IMG/VR virus record: IMGVR_UViG_3300005364_000001
DNA: 64,000 bases
Direction: 5' to 3' (one strand)
DNA from: an uncultured virus (IMG/VR IMGVR_UViG_3300005364_000001)
Taxonomy: Duplodnaviria; Heunggongvirae; Uroviricota; Caudoviricetes
The notes below the pieces were generated by a model. It worked only from the letters and a program-made list of their open reading frames with translations. It was not told where the DNA came from and did not search any database. A program made the translations under genes and the position numbers. Below are positions 47,054-57,322 of this stretch, piece by piece. How positions within the stretch are numbered: the stretch's first letter is position 1; each line of letters starts with the position of its first letter.

Positions 47054-48991
47054 GTGCCGGTCTACCGCCCCAGCGCCGCGCTACGGCTGTCTGTACGCCT
47101 CGACGAGGGGCGCCAGACCGCCGAGCTGCTCGCGCGGCTCGAGCCCCCGAGGCAGGCGGACACGAGCGCGATCGGCAAGCCCGAGAGCGGGGTGCAGACC
47201 GAGGCGCCGCGGGAGATCCGCGCCTCAGCCCAGCAGATCAGCACCCTGGCCAAGCTCGACGAGGCCACCGGCGGCGCCGACCCCGCGCTCAAGCGCGAGC
47301 TCGAGCGCGTGCTTCAGAAGCGGCGCGAGCTCGAGCTCATCGCCGCACCGAGCGACCAGCCCGAGGCACTCGCGGGCAGCGCCCCCGACGGGCTCTCGAT
47401 CACGATCGGCTCGCTGCCGGTGGTGCGCTGCTCGATCGCGCGCGCCAGCTTCCGCACGGGCGACAAAGCCAGCTTCGAGCTGAGCTACTACGACGCCCCC
47501 TTCAACCCGGTGCTCATGCGCTCGGCGGGCGTCGAGCTCAGCCTCGACGTGATCAGCGCCGAGGAGTTCGACGCCGGCGTGCACGGCATGCGGCGCGAGG
47601 ACGGCAGCCGCTACAGCACCGTCGAGGACCTGCCAGGCGTCACGCGCGCGACGCGCTTTCTCGGCTTCGTGTCGAAGTGGAACCTCGAGTTCGGCGACGA
47701 CGGCCCGCGCGTGATCGCCGAGGCGCAGGACATGATGAGCCTGCTCCGCGACACGCCGCTGCCGGCGGATCTCGAGATCGACCACGACCTGCCGATCGAG
47801 CAGGGGATCAAGGCGATGCTCGAGAGCTTCCCCGCAACGAGGGGGATCAAGGTCGTCTTCGGCCCGCCAGGCGAGGGGCGCACCGGCCCGATCCCCGACA
47901 CGGCGGCCGCGCGCCGAAAGAAGACGGTCAAGAAGGGTAAGCGCCGGGTCCGGCGTAACGCCGAGAATACGAACATCTGGGATCACGTCACCGACGTCTG
48001 TGTGGGCGTGGCGTGCATCCCGTGCGTCGACGGGCTGGTGCTGCGCATCGACTACGCGCGCACGCTGTACGGCACGCAGCCCAAGGTCCCGCGCATGGTC
48101 TGGGGTCGTAACCTCGAGAACCTGCGCTTTTCGCGGGCGATGGCGGGCGCCAAGACGCCCACCGTCGAGGCGCGCAGCTACTCGAGCGATCTCAAGCGCA
48201 CGATCGCAGCGCGCTACCCCGACCCCGATGGCTTCGGGGTGGCCGTGATCGGCGTGCGCGAGTTCCCCGCCAAGCCGCCGCGCGCGACGCGCGTGCTGCC
48301 CTCGGGCAAGCCCGACCAGACGATCCGCGTGGTGGGCGTGTCGGGCATCTCGAGCGGCCCGCTGCTGCAAGACATCGCGCGCGGCATCTACGAGGAGACC
48401 GCGCGCCAGGAGATCGAGGGCAGCTTCACAACGAAGGATCCCTCGAGCTACGAGGTCGACTTCGCCGCGGCCAACCTGCTCGACCTCAAGGCGGGGCAGC
48501 CGATCCGCATCGAGATCGACGCGCGCGGGCAGGGCGAGATCGGCGACGCAGTCACGGCGCTCCAGGGCATGACGCTCCCTGAGCGGGTGGCGCGGCTCGA
48601 GCAGGCGGGCTTTCGGCGCCAGGTCGCGAGCGCGTACGCGGTGCTGCTCGACGCGCAGAACCTCCAGACCGTGTTCTGCGTGAGCACGGTCGACCTCGAC
48701 TTCGACCAGGACGACGGGCTGAAGGTCGAGGTGAATTTCCAAAACTACATCGTGGTGCGCGAGGAGGCGCAGGCCTCGGCGGCCGCGGCGCCGACCAAGC
48801 GCGCCAGCGCCCGCACGGCAGGCCAGAAGGGGCCCGCGGCGGCGCGCGTGCGCGCCAACAGCGAGCAGCGCGCCAAGGGCGAGCAGAACCCGCAAGCGCC
48901 GAAGTACGTCGACCTACGCGACCGCGCGCGCGAGGGGGCAGACGCCGACTACTACGACGAGCTTTTCGCGGACCCGCAGACCCGGTTCTGA
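47054..48991 (+). CDS. Baseplate hub protein (late control D-like)
   Basis: Synteny between LysM and spike genes; GRNL..L...R motif. Confidence 0.65.
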   Translation: MPVYRPSAALRLSVRLDEGRQTAELLARLEPPRQADTSAIGKPESGVQTEAPREIRASAQQISTLAKLDEATGGADPALKRELERVLQKRRELELIAAPSDQPEALAGSAPDGLSITIGSLPVVRCSIARASFRTGDKASFELSYYDAPFNPVLMRSAGVELSLDVISAEEFDAGVHGMRREDGSRYSTVEDLPGVTRATRFLGFVSKWNLEFGDDGPRVIAEAQDMMSLLRDTPLPADLEIDHDLPIEQGIKAMLESFPATRGIKVVFGPPGEGRTGPIPDTAAARRKKTVKKGKRRVRRNAENTNIWDHVTDVCVGVACIPCVDGLVLRIDYARTLYGTQPKVPRMVWGRNLENLRFSRAMAGAKTPTVEARSYSSDLKRTIAARYPDPDGFGVAVIGVREFPAKPPRATRVLPSGKPDQTIRVVGVSGISSGPLLQDIARGIYEETARQEIEGSFTTKDPSSYEVDFAAANLLDLKAGQPIRIEIDARGQGEIGDAVTALQGMTLPERVARLEQAGFRRQVASAYAVLLDAQNLQTVFCVSTVDLDFDQDDGLKVEVNFQNYIVVREEAQASAAAAPTKRASARTAGQKGPAAARVRANSEQRAKGEQNPQAPKYVDLRDRAREGADADYYDELFADPQTRF

Positions 48992-48995
48992 GAGG

Positions 48996-49229
48996 ATGGC
49001 CCTCATGGATCAGCCCAGCCCCGACACGCCCCAGCCCATCACGCGGGCCCCGCTGAGCGCGGGCTTTCGTCGCGACGAGGTCGAGCTCGCCTGCGTGATC
49101 TTCGAGAAGCTCAGCGTGGGCGCCGACGTGGCGATCATGGCGCGCTCAGCCGCGGGGGTGCGCCTGCATCGCCGGTTCCTCGTCCTGCGCGAGCAGCTGC
49201 GCGGCGCCAGCGCCGAGGGCGGTATCTAA
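48996..49229 (+). CDS. Small hypothetical protein
   Basis: TAATG coupling to next gene. Confidence 0.55.
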   Translation: MALMDQPSPDTPQPITRAPLSAGFRRDEVELACVIFEKLSVGADVAIMARSAAGVRLHRRFLVLREQLRGASAEGGI

Positions 49230-49972
49230 TGCCAGGGCGCACGGCACGCTCGCTGCGGGGGATCGACGCGACCAGGCTCGGCCAGGCGGCCGCGCGGCCG
49301 GGCATCGATCCGCGCACGTGGGTGGTGCTCGGGCGCGTAGTCGAGGTCGAGCTCGAGGGCGGCGATCAGATCGTGGTCGTGCGTGCCGACGAGGGGGCGC
49401 TCGCGGGCGAAACGATCGTGTGCGAGGTCGGGGTGCACGTGGCGAGCTCGGGCGCATTCGCGAGCTCGCCGATCCGCGTGGGCGACTTCGCCGCCGTGAT
49501 CGTGCAGGGCGGCGACGCCAACAACCTGCCGCTGGTGGTGGCGTTCAGCCACACCGCCGACACGCCACCGCCCAAGGCGGTCAATGGCGTGGCGATCGAT
49601 GCGGCGCTGCTCGCGGGCTCGTACGTGCTGGCCGACACGGAGCGCCGGGTCGAGCTCGAGCTCAAGGGCCTGCGCCTGGTCGCGGAGAAGGTCGAGCTCG
49701 GGCCCGACCCGACGCCGACGCAGCCCTTCGTGCGCGGCCAGGCCTTCGCCGATGCCCTCAGCGCGTGGCTCGACGGCTGCGATTCGTTCGGCTCGATCAT
49801 CGAGATGCAGTTCGGGGTGCTCTCGCAGGCGGCGATCGGCCCGCTCGCGCCCTTGAAGGTGCCATTCGAGGCGATCAAGGCGGGCGCGACCATGTGGCGC
49901 TCGAGCATTGCGACGCTCAAGAGTCATCTCGTCGCGGGCGACATGCTGTCCACGACCATCACGGGGGAGTAG
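49229..49972 (+). CDS. Baseplate spike (gpV-like)
   Basis: OB-fold-like P..GD......GD.N; ..V.LG...P.VRG; LS......E end. Confidence 0.65.
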   Translation: MPGRTARSLRGIDATRLGQAAARPGIDPRTWVVLGRVVEVELEGGDQIVVVRADEGALAGETIVCEVGVHVASSGAFASSPIRVGDFAAVIVQGGDANNLPLVVAFSHTADTPPPKAVNGVAIDAALLAGSYVLADTERRVELELKGLRLVAEKVELGPDPTPTQPFVRGQAFADALSAWLDGCDSFGSIIEMQFGVLSQAAIGPLAPLKVPFEAIKAGATMWRSSIATLKSHLVAGDMLSTTITGE

Positions 49973-49977
49973 GGCGC

Positions 49978-51045
49978 ATGAGCCTCGTCTTCACGACCAA
50001 CGTCTTGCTCCCCGCACTCGGCGACAAGTTCGGGCAGCTCCTGATCGCGCTCAAGACCGCGCTCGTCGCGAGCGGTCGCTGGCGCGTGCGCGGCTCAGGC
50101 GATGGCAAGGCGGCGTTTCAGCTCATGGGGCAGACGGGGGGCATCGCCGGCTCGTTCGACGTGTTCACGGCGAGCCCCGCGTGGTCGCAGGACACGTCCG
50201 CCTACAACGCTGCGCGTAACAACAGCATCACGCAGCCGCGTGCGTGGCTCCTGCTCGAGGAGATCGCGAGTGGGCGCGTCCTGCTGGCCCAGCGAGTCGC
50301 GTACAACGGCGGCGCCAACGAATCCATCTCGGGCACCGTCGCGGTTGCTACCGCCGTCGCGAGCAGCGGGGCGACCGCGAACACCCCGCCCGTACTGACG
50401 GGCAACTCCGCCTTTCTGGCCGGCAACGCTTGGAACGATAACGGCAACAACTCGCCGCAGTTCTGCGATGGCGCGTTCGGCGACTTCGCCATCGGCTCGA
50501 CCCACCAAGGGTGGCTTCAGATCGGCGTTGAGACTGCCGCGCGCGCGGGCAACGTGTCGCCGTGGTATTTCGCCGTCTGGAATCGCACCACCGGAACGCG
50601 CGCGATGGGCGCGATCTGGGAGTCGCTGACGGATGTCGACGTCGGGCAGACGCACCCACTGGCGTGCGCCTTCGGCGCCTGGTCGCGCGTGTTCGGCACG
50701 ATCGGCAACGGCAGCACCGGGCCTATTCACGCAGGCTCAGCATGGCGCGGTGGCGATACGCTCGCGCTCTGCACGCTCGGCTATCAGCAGCTCGTCGGCA
50801 TCGGCGCAACGCCGCCCGCCTACCAGCAAGCGGGCAACGACGGGAAGTTCAGAACAGAGAGACCCTGGGTGCTCGTGCCGAGCATCGGGAGCCGCCTGCT
50901 CGGCCGCCTCGAGCACGCCTACCTGAATAAGGTCAGCCGCGAGTACCCGACGACGTACAACGTGCTCGATGCAGAAGCACGGCTCACGCTCGGCCATCTG
51001 ATCGTGCCGTGGCAGACGGGCATCATTCCCTCGAGCTCGCCGTAG
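49978..51045 (+). CDS. Putative tail fibre/virion protein
   Basis: Gly/Ala/Asn/Trp-rich; within baseplate module. Confidence 0.55.
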   Translation: MSLVFTTNVLLPALGDKFGQLLIALKTALVASGRWRVRGSGDGKAAFQLMGQTGGIAGSFDVFTASPAWSQDTSAYNAARNNSITQPRAWLLLEEIASGRVLLAQRVAYNGGANESISGTVAVATAVASSGATANTPPVLTGNSAFLAGNAWNDNGNNSPQFCDGAFGDFAIGSTHQGWLQIGVETAARAGNVSPWYFAVWNRTTGTRAMGAIWESLTDVDVGQTHPLACAFGAWSRVFGTIGNGSTGPIHAGSAWRGGDTLALCTLGYQQLVGIGATPPAYQQAGNDGKFRTERPWVLVPSIGSRLLGRLEHAYLNKVSREYPTTYNVLDAEARLTLGHLIVPWQTGIIPSSSP

Positions 51046-51047
51046 TC

Positions 51048-52214
51048 ATGGCCGACTTTACAGACGCGATCTTCGACGACGTCAGCGACGCGCTGCTGCT
51101 CTGGCCAGACGATGCGATGAGCGGGGCCGATCTTCAGCCGCCGCTGCTTTCGATCTTGCCCGCGAGCGGCGCGCCGCTGCTGGCCGCCGACGCGATCACG
51201 ATCGAGGCGACCGACGACCGCGTGATCGCGATCGTGACGATCTACTCGGGCGATCGCGTGGTCTACGACGGCGACCACTTCACCGCGGACTATGCAGGGT
51301 CGAGCTCGCGGGCGTACCTGACCAACGGCGTGCGCTTGGGCGTGCGCCGGACCGGCGGCTGGGTGGCGGGGCCCCTGATCATCGACTCGGTCGTGATCGA
51401 TACGGGCGGCAACGTCCAACGCATCACCGCGCAGTTCGAGGTACCGGCGACGCCGATCGAGCTGCCGCCCCCGATCGAGCCGCCCCCGCCGGGCACGGGC
51501 ACGTTGCCCGCCAGCGCCATCGAGCAGATCGCCACCAACGCGATCCGGGTGCGCATCGACGGCGACGTGCCCATCTCGAACCCGGGCGACGTGCACGATG
51601 CGCTCTACGATCGCGGCTGGTGGCTCGATGCGCCCTACGACCCCGAGGCGCATGTGCCGCGCGTCATCTGGGCCCAGCGCGACACGAGCGAGACCGTGAT
51701 CCTGTACCTCGACGCCGAGCTCGACGGGCCCGGGTGCCAGTATCGGCTGATCGGCAGCACGGAGGTCTTTGGCCAGGTGCCGATCGAGGCCCGCTCGCGC
51801 ACCTTCCGCACGTTTGGCCCGCCGGCGTCGAACGTGGTCGCCAAGCGCAGGCAGCGCAGCTTCGACCTCGCCAACGAGGCGCCCGGGCAGCTCCAGCTCG
51901 ACGCCGACGGCGACTACCGCACCGACGCGGACTTCGAGACACGGCGCAAGCGCGTCGCGCGCCGGCTCAACACCCCTCGGGGCACCTTCGCCCACCTGCC
52001 GGACTACGGCTTGGCGCTGCCGCTCAAGCGCTTGCTCCGGGTGGGCGACTTGCGTCGGCTTCAGGGCGACGCGCTCGAGCAGATCGAGCTCGAGGGCATC
52101 GTGGGCGCCGAGGTCTCGATCCAGCAGCCCGAGGCGGGGATCGTGCGCCTGACGGTGCGCGGCCAGGGCCTCGGGAACGAGGGCGTCACCGTGGAGTGCG
52201 AGACAGGCGAGTAG
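51048..52214 (+). CDS. Multi-domain baseplate protein with C-terminal gp25/gpW-like domain
   Basis: RRL.TP.G.F.HLPDYG; N-terminal Ig-like beta segments. Confidence 0.65.
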   Translation: MADFTDAIFDDVSDALLLWPDDAMSGADLQPPLLSILPASGAPLLAADAITIEATDDRVIAIVTIYSGDRVVYDGDHFTADYAGSSSRAYLTNGVRLGVRRTGGWVAGPLIIDSVVIDTGGNVQRITAQFEVPATPIELPPPIEPPPPGTGTLPASAIEQIATNAIRVRIDGDVPISNPGDVHDALYDRGWWLDAPYDPEAHVPRVIWAQRDTSETVILYLDAELDGPGCQYRLIGSTEVFGQVPIEARSRTFRTFGPPASNVVAKRRQRSFDLANEAPGQLQLDADGDYRTDADFETRRKRVARRLNTPRGTFAHLPDYGLALPLKRLLRVGDLRRLQGDALEQIELEGIVGAEVSIQQPEAGIVRLTVRGQGLGNEGVTVECETGE

Positions 52215-52224
52215 GATTGAGCGC

Positions 52225-53355
52225 ATGGACCTGCCGACCCGAAATGACCTGTTCGACGCGGCCGCGCGCGAGGTGATCGCCCGCTCGGAGGCCCGCGCGC
52301 CGGGTAAGCGCATCGCCCCGGCGGCGATCTACACCGAGGGCTCCGACGTCAACGTGCTGCTGGCCGGCGGCTCGGCGATGGCCGAGGAGGTGCTGCGCCA
52401 GGCCGCCAAGGCCGATGCCGACAAGTGGCTCGACTCAGCCCGCGGCGAGGCGCTCGACCGGCTCGTGCTCGACCGGACCAGCCGCGAGGTGATCCGCAAG
52501 GGGGCCGCTCCCGCCTACGTGGTGGTCAGCCTCGAGCGGCACGCCGGCCCGCTCGAGGCGATCACGCTCCCCGCCGGCAAGCGCCTGCGCACGGCGGGGC
52601 AGATCGAGTTCGAGCTCCTGACGCAGGTCTCACTAGGCGCCGGCGTCACGGGGCCGCTCTCGGCGACGGCGAGGGCGGTCCTGGCCGGCACCGCGGCCAA
52701 CATCGCCCCGGGCACGCTGGTCGAGATCGTCGCCACGCCCGATCGCGAGCTCACCGTGCAGAACCCCGGGCCGGCGACGGGCGGCTACGACCGCGAGCCG
52801 GACGCGGCCTACCGCGGCCGCGCGCGGGCCTTTTACCGCACTGCCCGGCGGGGCACGATCCCCGCGATCGAGTTCGGGGCCATCTCGACGCCGGGGGTGG
52901 CGTTCGCGACGGTCGAGGAGGGCCTCGACGAGCTCGGCGACCCGAACGGGTTTGTGTACGTGTACGTCGGCGACGTGACGGGGCAGGCGAACGCCCCGCT
53001 CGTGTCGCGGGTCAAGCAGGAGCTACGCGAGTACCGCTGCGGCGGCATCCCGCCCGTAATCGTCGGGGCGACGCCCGAGTACATCGAGGTCCGCTACCGC
53101 CCGAGCGTGCTCGCGGGCTACGACCCCGAGACCGTGCTCGAGCAGCTGCGCTTCGCGACGGTGGCGCTCGTGAACCAGGTGGCGCCGAACAAGCCGCTCG
53201 AGCGCTCGCTGCTCTACTCGATCGCGCGCCGGGTACCGGGCCTCATCGTGCGCGATGAGCTGATCGCCTCGCCCACGGGCGACATCTACCCAAGCGCACC
53301 GGGGCGGGTGCTGCGCACGACGCCCGATCGGGTGCAGCTCGAGGCGAGCGCGTGA
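52225..53355 (+). CDS. Baseplate J-like protein
   Basis: A.GEALD, P.G......F, AG..ANI, GG.D.E.D..YR.R, GT..AI..GA...PGV. Confidence 0.9.
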   Translation: MDLPTRNDLFDAAAREVIARSEARAPGKRIAPAAIYTEGSDVNVLLAGGSAMAEEVLRQAAKADADKWLDSARGEALDRLVLDRTSREVIRKGAAPAYVVVSLERHAGPLEAITLPAGKRLRTAGQIEFELLTQVSLGAGVTGPLSATARAVLAGTAANIAPGTLVEIVATPDRELTVQNPGPATGGYDREPDAAYRGRARAFYRTARRGTIPAIEFGAISTPGVAFATVEEGLDELGDPNGFVYVYVGDVTGQANAPLVSRVKQELREYRCGGIPPVIVGATPEYIEVRYRPSVLAGYDPETVLEQLRFATVALVNQVAPNKPLERSLLYSIARRVPGLIVRDELIASPTGDIYPSAPGRVLRTTPDRVQLEASA

Positions 53356-53627
53356 CCAAGGTCATCGACCTTGAGCGCGCGCGCAATCGGCGCCTGCCGC
53401 TGCGCCAGTGCGCGATCGTGTCGCAAGTGCCCGGCGACGCCTTTGTCGACGTGAATGAGATCTTCGACCGCGAGGGCAACCCGGTCGCGGGGCGCGTGCT
53501 GACCTTCCACTTCGATCGCGAGGACTGGAATCAAGCGGTCCCGCCCATCGTGATCAGCGGCGCGCAGCTGCGCCTTCTGGCCGACGCACTGCTCAAGGCC
53601 GCGCTGCCCGAGCCCGAGGACCCATGA
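53352..53627 (+). CDS. Small hypothetical protein
   Basis: GTGA/ATGA coupling. Confidence 0.6.
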   Translation: MTKVIDLERARNRRLPLRQCAIVSQVPGDAFVDVNEIFDREGNPVAGRVLTFHFDREDWNQAVPPIVISGAQLRLLADALLKAALPEPEDP

Positions 53628-53845
53628 GAGCCCCGCTGCGGCAGTTCATCGACGACGTCAAGGCATGGTGCGCTGAGCATGACGCCGATTTCGTGAGCGC
53701 CGGCCAGGTGCTCTGGCATGACGAGCCGAGCTATCAGGCCGAGATCCAGTTCGCCAACGGGCGCAGCTTCTCAGCGCTCGCGCCGACCCCGAAGGAGGCC
53801 CTCGAGGACCTGGCGCGGCTCGGTCCGATCGTAGGTGGCACATGA
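53624..53845 (+). CDS. Small hypothetical protein
   Basis: ATGA coupling at both ends. Confidence 0.6.
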   Translation: MRAPLRQFIDDVKAWCAEHDADFVSAGQVLWHDEPSYQAEIQFANGRSFSALAPTPKEALEDLARLGPIVGGT

Positions 53846-55392
53846 GCGACGCAGCCAAGACCCAGGGCGAGCTCGAGCGCACCTTCCGCGACGTCACGGA
53901 CCCCGGCTATCACCTGCCGCTCGAGGAGGACCCGCTCAGCTGGGATCCGATCGCGGCGATGGCCACGACGGCCGCACGCGCCTCGCGCGCCGTGCACACC
54001 AACAGCCAGTCCTTCTACCTGCTGCCGCACTCGCGCCAGACCGGCGAGAGCGCCAGCGGGGCGCGCCGCGCCGAGGCCTGGCACCAGGTGCGGCGCCGCG
54101 GGCACGCGGGGCAGGCGCTCTTTGTCCCCGCGGGGAAGCGGGTCGAGTACTTCCTGCGCGACTCACGCGGGCAGCCCGCGCGGCTCGAGGCCTACGAGCT
54201 GGCCGAAGACGTCGTCTTCGCGGCCGGCGAGGTGGGCCCTGTGGCGGTGCGCGTGCGTGCGGTGCGGCCCGGCGATCAAGCCAACCTGCCGATCGCCGAT
54301 CGCGCTGCGCTGGTGGCCGAGGGCGTGCGCACGGTCGCGCTCAGCGCGTACGGCGGCGTCTCGCTGACCGACACGGGTAACCCCGACGTCTTCACGGCGG
54401 CGGATGTGGGACGCTACCTGCGCCTTCAGGGCGAGGCGCCGCGGCGGGTGAAGGCCTACTCGCAGGACGCGCTCGGGCGGGGCCAGGTCGAGCTCGAGGG
54501 CGACTCGATCACCGGCACGGGGCCGGCGGTGCTGCTCGAGTGGAGCGAGCTCGGCGTCGAGCTCGAGCAGCTCGAGGCCTTCAGCGGCGGCCGGCACGCG
54601 ATGCTCGACCAGATCGGGCTCGAGCGCGACATGCCGCGGGGCCCGGGCGAGGGCGACGAGGACTTCGCGTATCGGATCTCGAGCCTGCCCGACGTGATCA
54701 CGCCGGCGGCGCTCGAGCGGATCTGCGCGCGCATCCTGAGCCCGCTCGGGATCTCGTACGCGCTGCACGAGGTGCGCGACCCGGAGCTGCGGGGCTTCGT
54801 GCTCGACCTGACCCCGCTCGACGCCGGCGGCATGTGCTCAGACAGCTCCTGGGCGGGTGGGGTGCTGCTCAGCGATAGCGCGAGCAAGCGCCTGTTCGTG
54901 GTCTGCATCGAGCGCGCGATCAACGTCGGCTACGAGGGCGGCCTCGCGTTCGACTCGATGAGCTCAGGGGTCAACGCCTACGACGTCGGCTCGAGCTCGG
55001 GCGACGGGCGGCCGACGGGCTACCTCAACGCGCTGCGCGCGCTGCTGGTCGACCTCAACGCGGCGCGGGGCGGTGGCACCGCGTTCCGGGTGGTCGAGCG
55101 CACCGCCGTCGAGCCCTACGGGCTGCACGCGGTCACGCTCGAGGTGGGGATAGCTGCCGGTACGCCCGAGTACCTGGCGGCCCGGGACGAGGCGCTGGCG
55201 GCGCTGGTGCAGCAGCTCAGGCCTGGCGAGCGCACCAGCGAGGTCGAGCTCGCCGAGGCGATCGCCGGCCAGCTGCTCATGCGGGGCCTCGACGCGACCG
55301 GCGTAACCGTGCTCGTCACCGGGGGCGACCTGGTGCCCGGCCCGCTCGAGGTGCTCAACATCGCGCCCCTGGGCGGCGGCGGTGGCAGCTAA
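53842..55392 (+). CDS. Baseplate wedge-like protein (gpI-like)
   Basis: LD.IG.ER...R..GE.D..F..RI motif. Confidence 0.6.
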   Translation: MSDAAKTQGELERTFRDVTDPGYHLPLEEDPLSWDPIAAMATTAARASRAVHTNSQSFYLLPHSRQTGESASGARRAEAWHQVRRRGHAGQALFVPAGKRVEYFLRDSRGQPARLEAYELAEDVVFAAGEVGPVAVRVRAVRPGDQANLPIADRAALVAEGVRTVALSAYGGVSLTDTGNPDVFTAADVGRYLRLQGEAPRRVKAYSQDALGRGQVELEGDSITGTGPAVLLEWSELGVELEQLEAFSGGRHAMLDQIGLERDMPRGPGEGDEDFAYRISSLPDVITPAALERICARILSPLGISYALHEVRDPELRGFVLDLTPLDAGGMCSDSSWAGGVLLSDSASKRLFVVCIERAINVGYEGGLAFDSMSSGVNAYDVGSSSGDGRPTGYLNALRALLVDLNAARGGGTAFRVVERTAVEPYGLHAVTLEVGIAAGTPEYLAARDEALAALVQQLRPGERTSEVELAEAIAGQLLMRGLDATGVTVLVTGGDLVPGPLEVLNIAPLGGGGGS

Positions 55393-55795
55393 GGGCAGGG
55401 GGGGCCTTCCCTGAGAACACGGGCTCTTAGGGGGATCCCCACCTGGTAGATCGCGCCCCCGGGGCATGTCAGCAGGTGTCCGTCGCCGGATTCGCCTGTG
55501 ACTCCGTGTGCGACGGGGTAGGTACGACTCCCGTCAGGGCGCAAGGACTTGCGCAGATAGTGCTGTCTGTCTTACAGACGGATCACATCAAGCAGCAGAC
55601 AAGCAACAAATAGCACGAAGCCCCAGCATCGCGGTCAAAGGTCCTGCAAGACCTACGCGACACAAGGGCTTCGGATCGAGCACCAATGTTCGAGGAATCT
55701 AACGCGTTTCTGCGCCGCAAGCAAGCATGCGGCGCAGAAAGCGGTAACGTACGGATCTCATTTAGGTATACGGCGAAACGGCAAGGCGGTGTGCC
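55393..55795. promoter_or_regulatory. Structured intergenic region upstream of rep-like gene
   Basis: Lower GC; perfect 13-bp stem TTTCTGCGCCGCA/TGCGGCGCAGAAA (55707-55740); CGAAGCCC/GGGCTTCG stem. Confidence 0.55.
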
Positions 55796-57175
55796 TTGTT
55801 GAGATCCAGCTGTCCACGGTCGGACAACGACAACGCCGCCCCGCCGCCGGCGTTCGACGCGAAAGAGCTGCGCGCGGCCCGCGCCGCCTGGCGCCTGAAG
55901 GCTCGCCAGCGGCGCCTGTCACCGAGGGCGAGGCTGCTCGTCGACTACCTCGCGACGCTGAAGAGCTTCCCCCACGCATTCTTTCGCGTGAGCAAGCTGG
56001 CTGAGGAGCTCTGCTGCTCGTCGGCGCAGGCGAGGCGCACGGTGCGCGAGGTCGAGCGTGCGGGCCTTCTGGCGCATGCCCCGTACTACGGCTCGATCGG
56101 CGAGCAGCGGGCCAACGACTACCTAGCGTGCGACGGCGAGCGCTGGTGCTGGCGGCTGCTCGGCGGCGACGAGCTCGGGCGCGCCGAGGGCCGCCTGCTC
56201 GTGAGCTCGCTGCTGAGCGCGACCTGGCGCTGGCGCGATGAGGATCTGGCCACGTCGCCCGCCGTGCTCGAGGCGCTGCTGCGCGCGACTGGCGCCTGGG
56301 GACTCGCGGCTCGTAAGTGCAAGCCCCCCCTTGCAGATATGACCCCCCCCCCTTGCATGGATGCCACCCATAGTCTTAACGCTGAGTCTGCGGACGGGGA
56401 GGCAGATCAGCAGCAGCAAGCAGAGCCGCCGCCTGTGGATAACCCACCGAGTGACGAGAGCGACGAGCCGGACCTCGACGCCGACGACCGCGACCTCAAG
56501 CCCGACAACCCCGAGATGGAGCTCGACGAGGCGCAGCTCCAGGAGCAGCTCGACCGACTGGCGGCCCAGCTCGAGCTCGAGGACGCCGAGGTTGCGCAGC
56601 CCGACCTCACGCCCGACACTGCGGCCGCACCCTTCGGCGCGCGGGCATCGTCACCCGCTGCGGGCGACGCGAGGTTCGGGTCTCGCGCAGCTCCTGCGCC
56701 GAGGGGGGCTTCTCGGGGCCCGGGCCCGAGCAAGGTCTTCGCGCTGCCGCTCGAGCTGCGCGCTAGGCTGGTGGGGCGCTTTGACGAGACCCGGGTGCGG
56801 GCTCTCGAGCGGGCGCTCGGGCAGGCCAAGCGATCGCCCGAGGTGATGATCGCCGCCGCGCACATGCTGCTCGAGCGCAACGCGCTCACCCCCGCGAGCT
56901 ACGTGCACAGCTTGTTCGACGACGCGGCCGAGCAGCTCGAGCGGGCGCTGCACGAGCCGCCGCCAGCGAATGCCCCTACGAGCGGCCAGGCGCCGCCCAG
57001 GGCGCGCGCGGCACCGAAGCCGCCTGACCCCTTGCTCATGCAGGTCCAGACCGCCCGTGAGCGCCTCGAGGCGCTGCCCAGGCACGATCCCCGACGGCCC
57101 CAGCACGAGCAGCGGCTCAAGGAGCTGCTCGACCAGGTGGCAGCCCGCGACCTTGGGCGGACGGCGGCCTCGTGA
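55796..57175 (+). CDS. Replication initiator-like protein with N-terminal winged HTH
   Basis: LSPRARLL..YL...F....KLAEEL.CS.....R....LE.AGL-like HTH; internal repeats and DnaA box; start uncertain. Confidence 0.6.
   Translation: MLRSSCPRSDNDNAAPPPAFDAKELRAARAAWRLKARQRRLSPRARLLVDYLATLKSFPHAFFRVSKLAEELCCSSAQARRTVREVERAGLLAHAPYYGSIGEQRANDYLACDGERWCWRLLGGDELGRAEGRLLVSSLLSATWRWRDEDLATSPAVLEALLRATGAWGLAARKCKPPLADMTPPPCMDATHSLNAESADGEADQQQQAEPPPVDNPPSDESDEPDLDADDRDLKPDNPEMELDEAQLQEQLDRLAAQLELEDAEVAQPDLTPDTAAAPFGARASSPAAGDARFGSRAAPAPRGASRGPGPSKVFALPLELRARLVGRFDETRVRALERALGQAKRSPEVMIAAAHMLLERNALTPASYVHSLFDDAAEQLERALHEPPPANAPTSGQAPPRARAAPKPPDPLLMQVQTARERLEALPRHDPRRPQHEQRLKELLDQVAARDLGRTAAS
56324..56442. 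promoter_or_regulatory. Putative origin inside rep gene: CCCCCCCTTGCA direct repeats plus DnaA box
   Basis: Two CCCCCCCTTGCA copies 22 bp apart; TGTGGATAA at 56434-56442 is the reverse complement of consensus TTATCCACA. Confidence 0.55.
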
Positions 57176-57322
57176 GAGCATCGGCCCCGAGAGCGCCCTC
57201 GCTGCCGGGGCGAGATCCTCACGTCCCCAAAACGTTGCGGCGCGATCGAGGGGCCTCCCCCGGTCGCGCCCTGAGAATCTCGGCAAGGGACAGGGCGCTC
57301 TCACACGCAAGGGAGATCCAAG

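Noticed and set aside
29834..48895. Long antisense ORFs (e.g. 29834-31606, 40045-42384, 47225-48895)
   Set aside because: Shadow frames of high-GC3 genes; low-complexity R/L/A/G translations without motifs
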